NCBI RefSeq assembly: GCF_030144855.1
Contig: NC_082709.1
Span: 161,014,001 to 161,078,000 of the forward strand
Direction: 5' to 3'
Source: Hypanus sabinus
Lineage: Eukaryota
Length of the DNA stretch: 64,000 bases
Under the pieces are notes generated by a model. The model was not told where the DNA came from. It saw only the letters and a program-made list of their open reading frames with translations, and ran no database searches. Positions 1 through 12,247 of this stretch are shown here, piece by piece. Position numbers and translations under genes: made by a program. Within the stretch, counting starts at the first letter, position 1. Each line of letters begins with the position of its first letter.

Positions 1-529
1 AAAGATACCATGCTGACTACGGCCTACTTTATCGCATGCCTCCAGGTACCCCAAAACCACATCCTTAACAATCGACTCCAACATCATCACAGCCGCTAAG
101 ATTAGACTAACTGCCTATAATTTCCTTTCTACTGCCTCTCTTCCTTCTTGAACAGTGGAGTGACATTTGCAAATTTCCATTTCTTTGGAACCAAACTGAA
201 TCAACTGATTCTTGAGAGATCATTACTAATGCCCCCACAATCTCTTCAGCCTCTTTATGACTTTTTTAGTTCCCGTCTGTTGGTTTTTAAAAGCTTCCCA
301 ATCTTCTGGCTTACAACTAATTCTTTTCTCTATTATATGCCCTCTCTACCTTTTTTTGTTAAATTTTTTTCTCTCTATTTGGGTGCTTCTCAATCCATTT
401 GTATTCCCTGGTCTATCATTTCATTTCTATACATTTATTTACATTCTGTTCAATTAATGGTAAGAATTGAAAGGAGTTGATAATCGGAGGAAACTGTTGT
501 GCTTAATACATGATTCACGTAAAGCGCAA

Positions 530-1105
530 GTACAATAAGTAATGAGATAAGAAAATGATTTATTGATCTTCACTGCAAAGGGATTTGAGTACAAAAGTAA
601 ATACATTTTACTCTAATTATATTGAGCCCTGGTTAGACTGCACCTGGAATGTGTGCACAGGTTGCCTTATCCATGAAAAGATGTATTTACAGTGACGAGA
701 ATACAACAAAGGTTCACCAATTGAAGTTAGGTAAAGTAGGCTGGCCAATAATCAAAGACATACAAGAATAAGAGATGATCTCACTGAATTGTAAAAATAA
801 TTCTTGCATGGCTAGACAGATGAAAGGCTGAGGTCTTTCCTGCCCGAGATATCTGTAAACAAAGGTAGCAGTCTCAAAAATAAAGCACCAGCCATTAAGA
901 ATCGAGTTAAAAATGAATTTCTTCAAGAACAAAGTCGCCTGCCTTTGGAATTCAATACGCAAAAGAAAGCAGGCACAAGGTTGATTTTTTTTTTGGCGTT
1001 AAGGGGATCAAGAGGTATGGGGTTTGTGCGGGTAAATGACACTAGGGTAAAAGATCGGCAATAATCTTTTTGAATGTGTAGCAGGAACAGTGGTTGAATA
1101 TGCAA
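530..1105 (+). mobile_element. CR1 LINE 3' fragment
   Basis: Degenerate LVRLHLE motif and CR1 3' tail; another CR1 fragment on - at about 1-310. Confidence 0.6.
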
Positions 1106-1482
1106 GAAAATAAAGACAGGAGTAGGCCACCAGGCCCTTCAAGCCTGTTCCACTGTTTAATGTCAAAAAAAAATTAGAGATGCAAATAAAATTCCTACAA
1201 ACTGCAGAGACAGCAGAAGGCAGAAAACCAACAGGCATGCCAAAGTTTTTACAGTATCAAACCACATTGAGCTGAAAGGTGCTAGAAAATGCCTGTAGTT
1301 CTATGCTCAACATTTCAAAGTCCTGTGCAAACACATCCTGAACTCAAAGATCGAGCTCTGCTGGTAATTTCCTGGCAGAGCTTTAACATGGACTCCTTGT
1401 GGAATGAAATAACAAAGAATGAATTTGTTGCAATTCCTGAACATTTACACTCCATTAAACCAGCACTATATTAATCCAGGCA

Positions 1483-1666
1483 ATGCAAAATACTAGAGGA
1501 ACTCAGCAGGCCAGGCAGCATCTATGGAAAAGAGTACAGTCGACTTTCGGGCCAAGACCCTTCATCAGGACTAGAGCCCTGATGCTGCCTGGCCTGCTGA
1601 GCTCCTCCAGCATTTTGTGTGTGTTGCTTGGATTTCCAGCATCTGCAGATGTTCTCTTGCTTGTGA
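1483..1666. mobile_element. Penelope pLTR fold-back remnant
   Basis: 36-bp inverted arms 1487-1522 and 1581-1616 (3 mismatches); same family as the 4740-4803 pLTR. Confidence 0.8.
1537..1573 (-). ncRNA. Minimal hammerhead ribozyme core in a Penelope fold-back remnant
   Basis: Minus strand agtc-CTGATGA-a-GGG-tcttgg-CCC-GAAA-GTC-gact; lacks the C of GAAACGTC. Confidence 0.6.
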
Positions 1667-4600
1667 CTATATTAGACTAGCAAAGGAACTGAAAGCCCAA
1701 TTTTTGTATGGAGGGGAATAACTATTTCTTAAGACTTTTGTTCCAAGAAATATTACTAGGTGCTTTATTTATTCATTTTAAAATCCTTGTTTGACTGATT
1801 TTTTTAAATTACTTTTTGATACTTATGCATTCAGTTTCCATTATACCTGTGAAATTTGGCTTAGCTGGGGATGTGGCTTTGTCAGTTCAATTTTTACCTA
1901 TCAAGTTGTGGGAGTAGCTTATTCTAGCCTAAAATTATACCAGTATACTTAACCTGGACCTCACCACATTGGTGGTTCAACAAATGTGTTGCAGTTTCCA
2001 CCATGGCCTCACAAAATAGAATATACAGGTAGCTTGACATCTAGTAATTGTGTTTAATACATCTATCTACATAAGGCAGTCATGAGTGCATAATGTTGCG
2101 TTTTGCAATCTGGCATCTATCCCAGAATAACACTACCACGGCTGTTTTTTAAGATCACTTTATCTTCAATCTCTGTGCCTCATATTCATTTCATGTTGTT
2201 GAAGATGAAAATCAATTAAGCAATTGACAAATACATTTATAGTTGTAAAACCAAGAAAGTGGACAATCCTCTTCAACTTGGTACGATAATTTTACCAATC
2301 AGCAAGATTGCAAAATAAATATATAGACGGCTTGCACGGGCAAATCAATTCTCAGAGTGTTTGTCAGCAGGAGGACCCAGAAATACCAGCTAATCACGAC
2401 ATACAGTACATGTATGAAAGACTAGACTTCACTTCATCAAAAGACAGTATAGGTTGATTTAATGAAGGGAAAAAACATAGTAAATGAAAACAGACTAATT
2501 TGTCCAAATTGTGTAGATGCCAAGAATGAGAGATTTTAATTATGACAGAGGCAAAGAACACAAAAGCATGTTATATACATAATTGGTGTTAAACAGATAA
2601 GAAATGGGAGGTTAATTGGCTTCTGTAAATGGACCTTTGCATCCAATTTAGTGGTAAAACCTGGGGGTATTGACAGGAATGCAAGGAGAATAGAATATGA
2701 TTAGTGAAATGTGTGCACAATATCTGGCACTGAAGGCCCAGTTCTGTGCCCTCTGAGTAAAAGAATGACTACAATCAAGACGACAGTTAACATGGAGCCA
2801 AACACCAATGTGGCTTATTCTTAATGCTGCAATTTTACAAACTGTACTTTGAAATGACAGGTTCAAACTTGCTCAAGATAATGAAGGACTGGCAGAGTTG
2901 TTGACTTTTGTATAAGACACCACACCAATCTTCATTCAGTTCAGGAGGACAAGAAATCCCAGTTGATATTTATGCCTTGGTCAACACTACCAACATTTGT
3001 TTCTGCATGCTACTGCCCCACTGAACTTGTATCTGCATACCTCGACTTAGTTTTATTCCCCCTGGTTCAGTTCCTTCCCAACTACATCCATGACACTTCA
3101 CATGCTCTTGATCTTTTCAATGATTTCAAGTTCTCAGGCCCTGACTTCTTACAGATCACTTTCACTATGGATGTCCAGTCCCAATACACCTCCATCTCCT
3201 ACCAGGAAGGCCTCAAAGTTCTCCATTTCTTTCTGGACAACAGACCAACCAGTTGCCCTCCAGCACCACTCTCCTCCATCTAGTGGAGATTGCCCTCTCT
3301 CTCAATTTCTCCTTCAGCTCCTCCCACTTCCTTCAAACAAAAGGTGTAGCCATGGGCACTCACATGGGTCTCAGCTATGCCTGCCTTTAAGTCGGCTACA
3401 TACAACAGTCTACATTCCAAACCTACATTGGTATCACTCCCCAAGTTTTCTTACACTACATCAACACTGCATCGATGCCGCTTCCTGCACCCAAGTGGAA
3501 CTCATCGACTTCATTAACTTTGCCTCTAACTTCCACCCTGCTCTCAAATTTACCTGGGTCCATTTCCAACACCTCCCTCCTCTTTCTCGATCTCTCCGTC
3601 TGTATCACTGGGGAGAGCTAATCTACTGAGGTTTATCGTAAACCCAGGGACTCTCACAGCTACCTGGACTATGCCTCTTCCCACCCTGTTACTTGTAGAA
3701 ATGCCATTCCCTTCTCTCACTTCCTCTGTCTCCACCGCATACACTCCCAGGAAGAGGCTTTTCATTCCAGAACTAAGGAGATGTCCTCCTTCTTCAAAGA
3801 AAGGGGCTTACCTTCCTTCACCATCATCGCTGCCCTTAACAGCTTCTCTTCCATTTTGCACACAACTGCCCTCATCCCATCCTCCCACCACCCCACCAGG
3901 CATAGGGTTCTTCTTGTCCTTGTCTACCACCCCACCAACCCCCACATCCAGCACATAACTCTCCATTACTTCTGCCATCTCTAACTGGATCCTACCACCA
4001 AGAACACATGCTTCCCTCCCCTCAACTTTCTGCTTTCCACAAGGTTCACTCCCAATGTGACTTCCTTGTCCATTCATCCCTCCCACTGATCTCCCTCCTG
4101 GCACTTATCTTTGCAAGCCAAACAAGTGCCACACCTGCTCCTACATCTCCTCCCTTACTACCATTCAGGGCCCCTAACAATCCTTCCAGGTGAGGCGACA
4201 CTTCATCTGTGAGTATGTTGAGGTCACCTACTATATCTGGTGCTCTCGGTATGGCCTCCTATATATCGGTGAGAACCAACGTAGACTGGGAGATGCTTCA
4301 CTGAGCACCTATGGCTCTGTCCACCAGAGAAAGCAGGATCTCCCAGTGGCCACCCATTTTAATTCCACTTCCCATTCCAACATGTCAGTCCACGGCCTCC
4401 TCTGCTGTCACAATGAAGCCACATTCAGGAGCAAAACCTCATATTCTGTCTGGGAAGCCTCCAACCTGATGGCATGAACATTGACTTCTTGGTAATGCTC
4501 CCTCACCCCATTCCTATTCACCTCTCTCACCTTATCTCCTTACCTGTCCGCCAGCTCCCTTAGGTACTTCTACCTTTTTTCTTTCTGTCCTCTCCTATCA

Positions 4601-4739
4601 GATTCCCATGCTCAGCCCTGTATCTCTTTCAGCAATCAACTTCCCAGCTCTTCACCCCTTCCTCCTTCCCAGTTTCACCCATCACCTTGTATTTCTTCCT
4701 TCCCCCACCTCTTACTCTGACTCCTCATCTTTTCTTCTC

Positions 4740-4777
4740 CAGTTCTGATGAAGGGGCTCGGCCTGAAATGTTGACTG
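4740..4777 (+). ncRNA. Minimal type I hammerhead ribozyme in the Penelope pLTR (degenerate)
   Basis: cagtt-CTGATGA-aggggctcggcct-GAAA-tg-TT-gactg; stem I cagtt/gactg; helix III reduced. Confidence 0.65.
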
Positions 4778-4803
4778 TACTGTTTTCCATAGATGCTGCC
4801 TGA

Positions 4804-5449
4804 NNNNNNNNNNNNNNNNNNNNNNNNNNNNNNNNNNNNNNNNNNNNNNNNNNNNNNNNNNNNNNNNNNNNNNNNNNNNNNNNNNNNNNNNNNNNNNNNN
4901 NNNNNNNNNNNNNNNNNNNNNNNNNNNNNNNNNNNNNNNNNNNNNNNNNNNNNNNNNNNNNNNNNNNNNNNNNNNNNNNNNNNNNNNNNNNNNNNNNNNN
5001 NNNNNNNNNNNNNNNNNNNNNNNNNNNNNNNNNNNNNNNNNNNNNNNNNNNNNNNNNNNNNNNNNNNNNNNNNNNNNNNNNNNNNNNNNNNNNNNNNNNN
5101 NNNNNNNNNNNNNNNNNNNNNNNNNNNNNNNNNNNNNNNNNNNNNNNNNNNNNNNNNNNNNNNNNNNNNNNNNNNNNNNNNNNNNNNNNNNNNNNNNNNN
5201 NNNNNNNNNNNNNNNNNNNNNNNNNNNNNNNNNNNNNNNNNNNNNNNNNNNNNNNNNNNNNNNNNNNNNNNNNNNNNNNNNNNNNNNNNNNNNNNNNNNN
5301 NNNNNNNNNNNNNNNNNNNNNNNNNNNNNNNNNNNNNNNNNNNNNNNNNNNNNNNNNNNNNNNNNNNNNNNNNNNNNNNNNNNNNNNNNNNNNNNNNNNN
5401 NNNNNNNNNNNNNNNNNNNNNNNNNNNNNNNNNNNNNNNNNNNNNNNNN
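4804..5449. other. Assembly gap
   Basis: Run of N. Confidence 1.
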
Positions 5450-5592
5450 GCAGATTTTCTTGTTTGTGATCGGACTATCAACATTAGGCTAGCTTGTCAT
5501 TTACTTCATTCTGCCTGTTGAATCTTGCTGTGCTACTCCATAAAAACAATCCTTCAAAGTAATTCACCTGTGATGAAATACTTCGAAAAGAG

Positions 5593-5875
5593 TGCCACGG
5601 TACTGTATTGGTTAGTGCAATACTATTACAGCTCAGGGCGTCAGATCTCAGAGTTCAATCCTGGCATTCTCTATTCTCAGTATGTCCTCCCTATGGAACG
5701 CACAGGTTTTCTCCAGTTTCCTCCCACAATCCAAAGATGGACCGGGTAGATGAACTCATCATTCTAATTCCCCATGATTAAGTTAGGGTTAAATTGGGGT
5801 ATTCAGCGGTTGCTGGGTGGTTGGCTCGAAGGGCCAGAAGGGCCTTTTCAATGCCATATCTCTAAATAAATAAAT
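5593..5875 (+). mobile_element. tRNA-headed V-SINE (HE1-like)
   Basis: A-box and B-box-like head, V-domain tttcctcccacaatccaaaga, LINE-derived tail and taaataaa end. Confidence 0.7.
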
Positions 5876-6209
5876 GAACCTCGCTTAATTAGGTGAAATA
5901 CAGCCATTTGTGTGTTTACTATAACCTCTGCTATAAACACAGATGTACAATGTGAAAATGTAACTCTAAAAAAACCATGCTAAAAAGCTACAATGCTGTA
6001 GAGACTTGTTTCCTAACAAATACCTGAGAAACAAATGCATAATATGAACAGAAATATTTATCTGCACTACAAAGCATTACTGAGGATATGCTATCAACTG
6101 ATCAAACCATGCTAGCACTGAAGATTGGCTGCTGATTACAGTTGTTCAACTGCAGCCCATTTTTGTGCTTCAGAGCACATACATTCTAATGAGGACAACA
6201 TTTAACATA

Positions 6210-6984
6210 CTGCAGATTCTGGTTAATTGAGTTAATCAAGGCAGCATCTTATTTGGGATAACTCTTAAAAGAACAAAATCTGATCAAGATAATAGCTGGG
6301 ATTGCCTTTGTTTATATGGGACGTTATGCCGCTTAATTGAAATAAGAGACTGTGCCAAACAGTTTCTAACTACCATCAGTTGCGTGCGCTGTTAGACACT
6401 ACACCATGCTTGGAGCATACAGTTTTTAAATAGCTTCAGTTGTATGTGCTTGTGTTCAAAAAGTAGTGATTTTTGTCACTAACAGTTGCCAAGAAATAAG
6501 CAATAAGACAATTCAGAACTGCTTTGCTCACTGTGGTTTCAAGCATTCAGGCTTGGAGATGGAGATGGCAAGAGGTAATGACCAGGAGTGAAAATGAAAT
6601 GATTTCACAACTTCAACAAGCTAAAAACTACGAAGAATTTGATAGCATCTACAATCATCTTGAATGTTATTATGGAAATGAAGATTATGAGGATGCAATC
6701 ATCAAAAGCATTGGACAAAGACACTAGATGTCTGATTTTGTACTATCGGTTTCAAAGGAACATGGCAGACGAATTCCCCCGTCAATAACTATTAGGAACT
6801 AATACACAGTTTTATAGTACTGTAGTGGTATTTGGGAATGTTCCAATTTGTTCTGTATTTCATTTCAAAACATAATTTGTTACTCATTTAACTCCTTCCA
6901 TAAAAATTCAGCTAATTGGGGCAGCTGTTTAATTGGGCCAAAATGTACTAGTCCCAGTATGGCCCAATTAACCAGAATCCACTG
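6210..6984 (+). mobile_element. TcMar-Tigger/pogo-like non-autonomous DNA transposon
   Basis: TA flanks; degenerate TIRs (gattctggttaattg / caattaaccagaatccactg); acidic transposase-like C-terminal remnant in ORF 6524-6727. Confidence 0.65.
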
Positions 6985-8027
6985 TATATACATTTTTATG
7001 TTACCATATTATTATTCTTTTTTTTACTTTTTATGACCAAAACAGCATCTTGTAAAAACATCTCATTGCAGAACTTTTAAGTCTGCTGCATCTCCAAATT
7101 AAACAGTGAAATCTAGCAGGGAAAATACATAAAGTCAAACTAAAGAAAACCTGATAACAATATAGAACATAGAATACAATAGCACAGTACTTTAATTACT
7201 AAATCATTAGATTATTTCAAAATCAAAGAAAAAGTCAGTTTTTGCATCTTCCCTGCAGTCAGTGCTAGAATACGAGCAAGGAGGATGATCAACTGGTCAA
7301 TGAATAATTTTTAAATTGATTCAAACTCATCTTTCTGACTGGTTTTACATAATGAGGTATTCTGTAACCCAAAGAAAGCAGATCATATGATGTACCATGA
7401 TATATTTTGAGTCATAAGGATCTGAAATATCCGAAGTTAAAATCTCCATATACCACAGTCACCATTGTTCCTCATAGTGGAGATACAAGGGATAAAATCA
7501 GTCACAGTTCCAATTCTCAATTTCCATTCTTTTCCCCCTGGTGAAAATCTATCTTTGGAGATCAGGATCAACATGAAGAACAAATATTGGGCAAAGAACC
7601 CTGGAGCTGCCCCCATCTAGTGATTTTGCCCACAAACCTATTTTAGAAGATGTGAAATTTTGAACTGGAAATGTGAATTATGGAACTACTGCACAAAAAT
7701 ATGGCAACATTGATGAAGCTTCATGAACTGAAATACCGTTCCAACTATAAAATCAGGATTCAACATATACCTATATTTCCATCTGGTAGCAATCTTGTAG
7801 TCACAATTAAAATCTCTCAAACTTGACACCTGCTCAATCTGGCCAATTAGCTTGTTCTTATTTACTGTTTCTTCCCTTCATAAAATCAACCTATATTGTC
7901 TTCTGGTCAAGTGAAGTCCAGTCTTATTAAGTGGTACTTGTGGGTCCTCCTGCTAACAAAATTGATTTGCCCATCCAAGCAGTCTATTTATAGTTTGCAG
8001 TCTTACTGATCGGTAAAATTATCATAC

Positions 8028-8244
8028 TGTGGTGACCCATTTCCTGGCACATCCGAACCGGCTCACAATTAGATAGCCTACGGGGGTTTGCGAGCACAGA
8101 GCTTTGGAGCCTCTGCGCCACGGGGGGCAGGTTGAGGGAGGCTTAAAAGTGAAGCTGAGGATTTCGAATAAAGTTTTTTTTCCTTCGACTGCAGTTACCG
8201 ACTCCGTGTCGTAATTTTAGCACTGCGTGTAGCACACCGCTACA
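8028..8244 (+). repeat. 5' LTR (217 bp)
   Basis: TGTGG..CTACA; AATAAA at 8167-8172; near-identical to 12033-12247. Confidence 0.95.
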
Positions 8245-8246
8245 AT

Positions 8247-8259
8247 TGGTGACCCGACG
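8247..8259 (+). promoter_or_regulatory. Primer-binding site, tRNA-Trp
   Basis: TGGTGACCCGACG versus the tRNA-Trp 3' complement TGGTGACCCCGACG (one C lost). Confidence 0.85.
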
Positions 8260-8283
8260 GTCCAAACGATTTTTGGACCAGAA

Positions 8284-8972
8284 ATGACCGACGCCGCCTC
8301 TGTTCATGCGGTTTCATTGAAACTGCCAGGTTTCTGGACACAGCGACCGAACCTATGGTTCCAGCAAGCCGAAGCCCAATTCCACGTTGGCCAGATCACC
8401 TCAGAAGACACCCGCTACTACTACGTGGTGAGCTCCCTCGACCAGGACACAGCGGCCCACGTCGCGGAGTTCGTACAGTCGCCCCCGGCAGACGGCAAGT
8501 ACACGGAATTCAAAGCCCTGCTCCTCAGGACTTTCGGACTCTCACGGCGCGAGCGCGCTGCCCGTTTACTGCACCTGGATGGCTTGGGCGACAGACCTCC
8601 TTCGGCTTTAATGAATGAGATGTTGTCTCTGGCCGACGGACACACACCCTGCCTCATTTTTGAGCAGGCATTCCTGGAGCAGCTGCCCTAGGACATACGC
8701 CTGCTGCTGTCCGATGCGGATTTCAGTGACCCCGGAAGGTGGCAGCCCGGGCGGACTTGCTGTGGAACGCCAAAAAGGTGAGCGGGGCGTCCATCGCACA
8801 GATCACCCAGCCACGCTCCCAGCAGCAAACCAGTCCAGGCCCGGCCGCAGAGCCCGCCAACCCCTGGCCCAATGAACACTGGTGCTTCTACCACCAGGGG
8901 TGGGGCGCAGAAGCCCGCCGTTGTTGCCCACCCTGCAAGTTTCCAGGAAACGCCAGGGCCAGCTGCCGCTGA
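8284..8972 (+). pseudogene. gag: Gypsy gag (short, CHCC nucleocapsid), disrupted
   Basis: KLPGFW..WFQQAEAQF N-terminus; C-x2-H-x9-C-x3-C motif CFYHQGWGAEARRCCPPC; premature TAG at 8689 and a 1-nt deletion near 8731. Confidence 0.9.
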
Positions 8973-11900
8973 TGGCTACGGCGACTGGCCATCAGGATAG
9001 CCTCCTGTATGTGTGGGACAGAAGGTCGGGACGCCGGTTTTTGGTCGACACTGATGCCGAGATCAGCGTTTTACCTCCGACGAGTTACGACACCCGCAGC
9101 AGGGCACCGGAGCCCCCCCTGAGGGCCGTGAATGGCAGCACACTAAGGACCTATGGCACCCGTCAGGTGCAGCTACAGTTCGGCTCCAGCCAGTTCACGT
9201 GGGACTTTACACTGGCCGCCGTAGCCCAACCGCTTCTGGGTGCGGATTTTTTGCGGGCTCACAGCCTACTGGTCGACCTGCCCAGGAAGAGACTGGTACA
9301 CGCAGAGACCTTTCAGACGTTCTCCCTGGGTGCAGCCCAGTTGCCAGCCCCACACCTCGGCTCCATCACGCTGTCCGACAACAACTTCACCAGGGTCCTG
9401 GCGGATTTCCCATCGGTTCTGGCACCGTAGTTCACAGCAGCCATGCCCCGACACGGCGTACAGCACCACATCCCGACCCAGGGACCACCCCTCCACGCCC
9501 ACGCTCAGCGGCTTCCCCCAGACAAGCTCCGACTGGCGAAGGAGGAGTTCCAGAGGATGGAGGAATTGGGGATCATCCGGCGGTCCGACAGCCCATGGGC
9601 CCCCCCCCCCCCCGCACATGGTGCCCAAAGCGACGGGAGGCTGGAGAACGTGCGGCGACTACCGCAGGCTGAACAAGGCTACCACACCGGACCGCTACCC
9701 TGTGCTGCACATTCAGGACTTTGCAGCAAACCTGCACGGCGCACGGATCTTCTCCAAGGTCGACCTCGTCCGAGGGTACCATCAAATCCCAATGCATCCT
9801 GACGACATCCCCAAAACGGCTCTCATCACCCCGTTTGGCCTTTTCGAGTTCCTCCGCATGCCATTCGGCCTGAAGAATGCCGCACAGACGTTCCAGCTGT
9901 TAACGGACGCGGTGGGACGGGACCTGGACTTCGCGTTCATCTATTTGGACGACATCCTCATAGCCAGTAGCAGTCGTCAGGAGCATCTGTCCCACCTCCG
10001 TCAACTCTGCGCCCGACTGAGTGAGTACGGTCTTACAATCAACCCCGCCAAATGCCAGTTCGGACTCGATACCATTGACTTCCTGGGCCACAGGATTACT
10101 AAAGACGGGGCAACCCCTCTGCCCGCTAAGGTAGATGCGGTCCGCCACTTCCCCCAACCCACCACGATCAAAGGCCTTCAGGAATTCGTAGGTATGGTCA
10201 ATTTCTACCACCACTTCCTCCCTTACAGCTGCCTGGATCATGCGCCCCCTGTTCACCCTGATGTCGGGTCCGAGCAAGGACATTACCTGGGACGGGGAGT
10301 CCGCCGCCGCTTTCGTTCAAATGAAGGAAGCTTTGGCGAACGCCGCAATGCTAATACATCCCAGAATGGACGCCCCTACTGCCCTCACAGTGGACGCATC
10401 TAACACAGCAGTCGGTGGGGTGCTGGAGCAACTCATCGCAGGTTGCTGGCAACCCCTGGCGTTTTTCAGCAAACACCTGCGGCCACCCGAGCTCAAGTAT
10501 TGTGCTTTCGACCGGGAACTGTTGGCGCTCTACCTGGCAATCCGGCATTTCAGGTACTTCCTAGAAGGTCGGCCCTTCACTGCGTTCACGGACCACAAAC
10601 CGCTTACCTTTGCGTTTACGAAAGCGTCCGACCCCTGGTCGTCCCGCCAGCAACGCCACCTGTCCTACATCTCTGAATACACGACGGATGTCCGGCACGT
10701 CTCGGGTAAGGACAATGTCGTGGTGGATGCGCTCTCTCGCCTGACCGTTAATGCCCTTTCCCAAGGGGTAGACTTTGAGGTACTGGCAGAGGCACAGCAG
10801 GCAGATGAGGAGATTCCGAGTTACAAACCGCAGTCTCCGGTTTGCAGCTCCAGGACCTCCCCGTAGGCCTGGGTGAGAGGACCCTATGTGACGTAGCCAC
10901 CGGCCAGCCCCATCCCATCGTCCCGACAGCCTGGCAGCGCCGTGTTTTCGACTCCATTCATAACTTGGCGCATCCCTCCATCCGGACGACTGTCCGGATG
11001 GTTTCCAGCAGGTTCGTTTGGCACGGACTCCGCAAACAGGTCAGTGAATGGGCCAAAACGCGCATGCACTGCCAGATGGCCAAGGTGAAGCGGCACACCA
11101 AAGCCTTACCGCAGCAGTTCCATCCCGCCCACCGGCGTTTCGACCACATTCATGTGGATATCGTGGGCCCACTGCCAGTGTCGCGCGGAGCGCGGCACCT
11201 CTTGACTATCGTAGACCGGTTCACAAGATGGCCAGAGGCGGTCCCGCTCACCGACACCACCTTCGAATCTTGCGCCTGGGCACTGTTTGCCACCTAGGTA
11301 TCTCGCTTTGGTGTACCGGCCCACATTACCTCCGACAGAGGCGCCCAGTTCACCTCCAGCCTGTGGTCAGCTATGGCCAGCCTTTTGGGAACTCAGCTGC
11401 ACCACACAACTGCCTACCACCCACAGTCGAACGGGCTAGTGGAGCGTTTCCACCGTCACCTGAAGTCGGCCCTCATGGCCCGCCTGCGAGGAGCCAACTG
11501 GGCGGACGAGCTTCCCTGGGTCCTACTCGGCATCCGCACAGCACCCAAGGACGACCTGCACGCCTCGTCGGCCGAGTTGGTATACGGCGCGCCCCTGGTC
11601 GTCCCCGGGGAGTTCCTACCAGCCCCACGGGGGCAAGAGGAAGATCCCGCAGCAGTCCTGGGCAGACTACGCGAGAAGCTCGGTAACCTGGCCCCCATAC
11701 CCACTTCACAGCACGGGCGGAACCCGACCTGCGTACCCAAAGACCTGCAGAACTGTAAGTTTGTGTTTGTACGAAGGGGCGGGCATCGGCCGCTGCTTCA
11801 GCGGCCATATGAGGGGCCGTTTATGGTGCTCCGGAACAACGGGTCCACGCTCGTGCTGGACGTTGGGGGGAAAGAGGAGGTTTTCACGGTGGACCAACTC

Positions 11901-12030
11901 AAACCGGCCCAATGTAGACCTGGCGCAACTGGCCGAGTTTCTGGCACCTCGGCGCAGAGGCCGACCTCCCAAGCAGGTTCCGGCCCAGACTGTGGACATT
12001 GGGGGGTGTATCGCCGGTTCTGGGGGGGGT
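8945..12030 (+). pseudogene. pol: Gypsy pol (protease, RT, RNase H, integrase), disrupted
   Basis: FLVDTDAEIS (DTG mutated); [22 protein letters not shown]; RNase H DAS, ELLA, TDH; integrase HNLAH, HVDIVGP, SDRG, VERFH and GPF motif; stops at 9428 and 11295; frameshifts near 9610, 10225, 10825 and 11910. Confidence 0.93.
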
Positions 12031-12032
12031 TA

Positions 12033-12247
12033 TGTGGCAACCCATTTCCTGGCACATCCGAACTGGCTCACAATTAGATAGCCTACGGGGGTTTGCGAGC
12101 ACAGAGCTTTGGAGCCTCTGCGCCACGGGGGGCAGGTTGAGGGAGGCTTAAAAGTGAGGCTGAGGATTTCGAATAAAGTTTTTTCCTTCGACTGCAGTTA
12201 CCGACTCTGTGTCGTAATTTTAGCGCTGCATGTAGCACACTGCTACA
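12033..12247 (+). repeat. 3' LTR (215 bp)
   Basis: Preceded by a G8 polypurine tract at 12022-12029; followed by TSD ATAC. Confidence 0.95.

Larger units (their letters stand above)
2990..5470 (+). mobile_element. Penelope-like element (Neptune-type), 5'-truncated and decayed, ending in a pLTR that runs into the gap
   Basis: RT motifs TMDVQSQYT, QTKGVAMGT, VYRKP..YLDYASSHP; CKPNKCHTC Zn-finger linker at about 4110-4140; GIY-YIG remnant TYYIWCSRYGLLYIGE; pLTR with hammerhead core. Confidence 0.88.
8028..12247 (+). mobile_element. Full-length Ty3/Gypsy LTR retrotransposon, CsRN1 clade, decayed
   Basis: TG..CA LTRs at 8028-8244 and 12033-12247; 4-bp TSD ATAC on both sides; PBS and PPT present; gag-PR-RT-RH-IN order; several stops and frameshifts. 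Confidence 0.95.

Noticed and set aside
4675-5521. Long ORFs 4675-5484 and 4793-5521
   Set aside because: Artefacts of translating the N gap
9199-12126. Many overlapping alternative-frame and antisense ORFs within the Gypsy element
   Set aside because: Expected in GC-rich sequence; explained by the frameshifted pol
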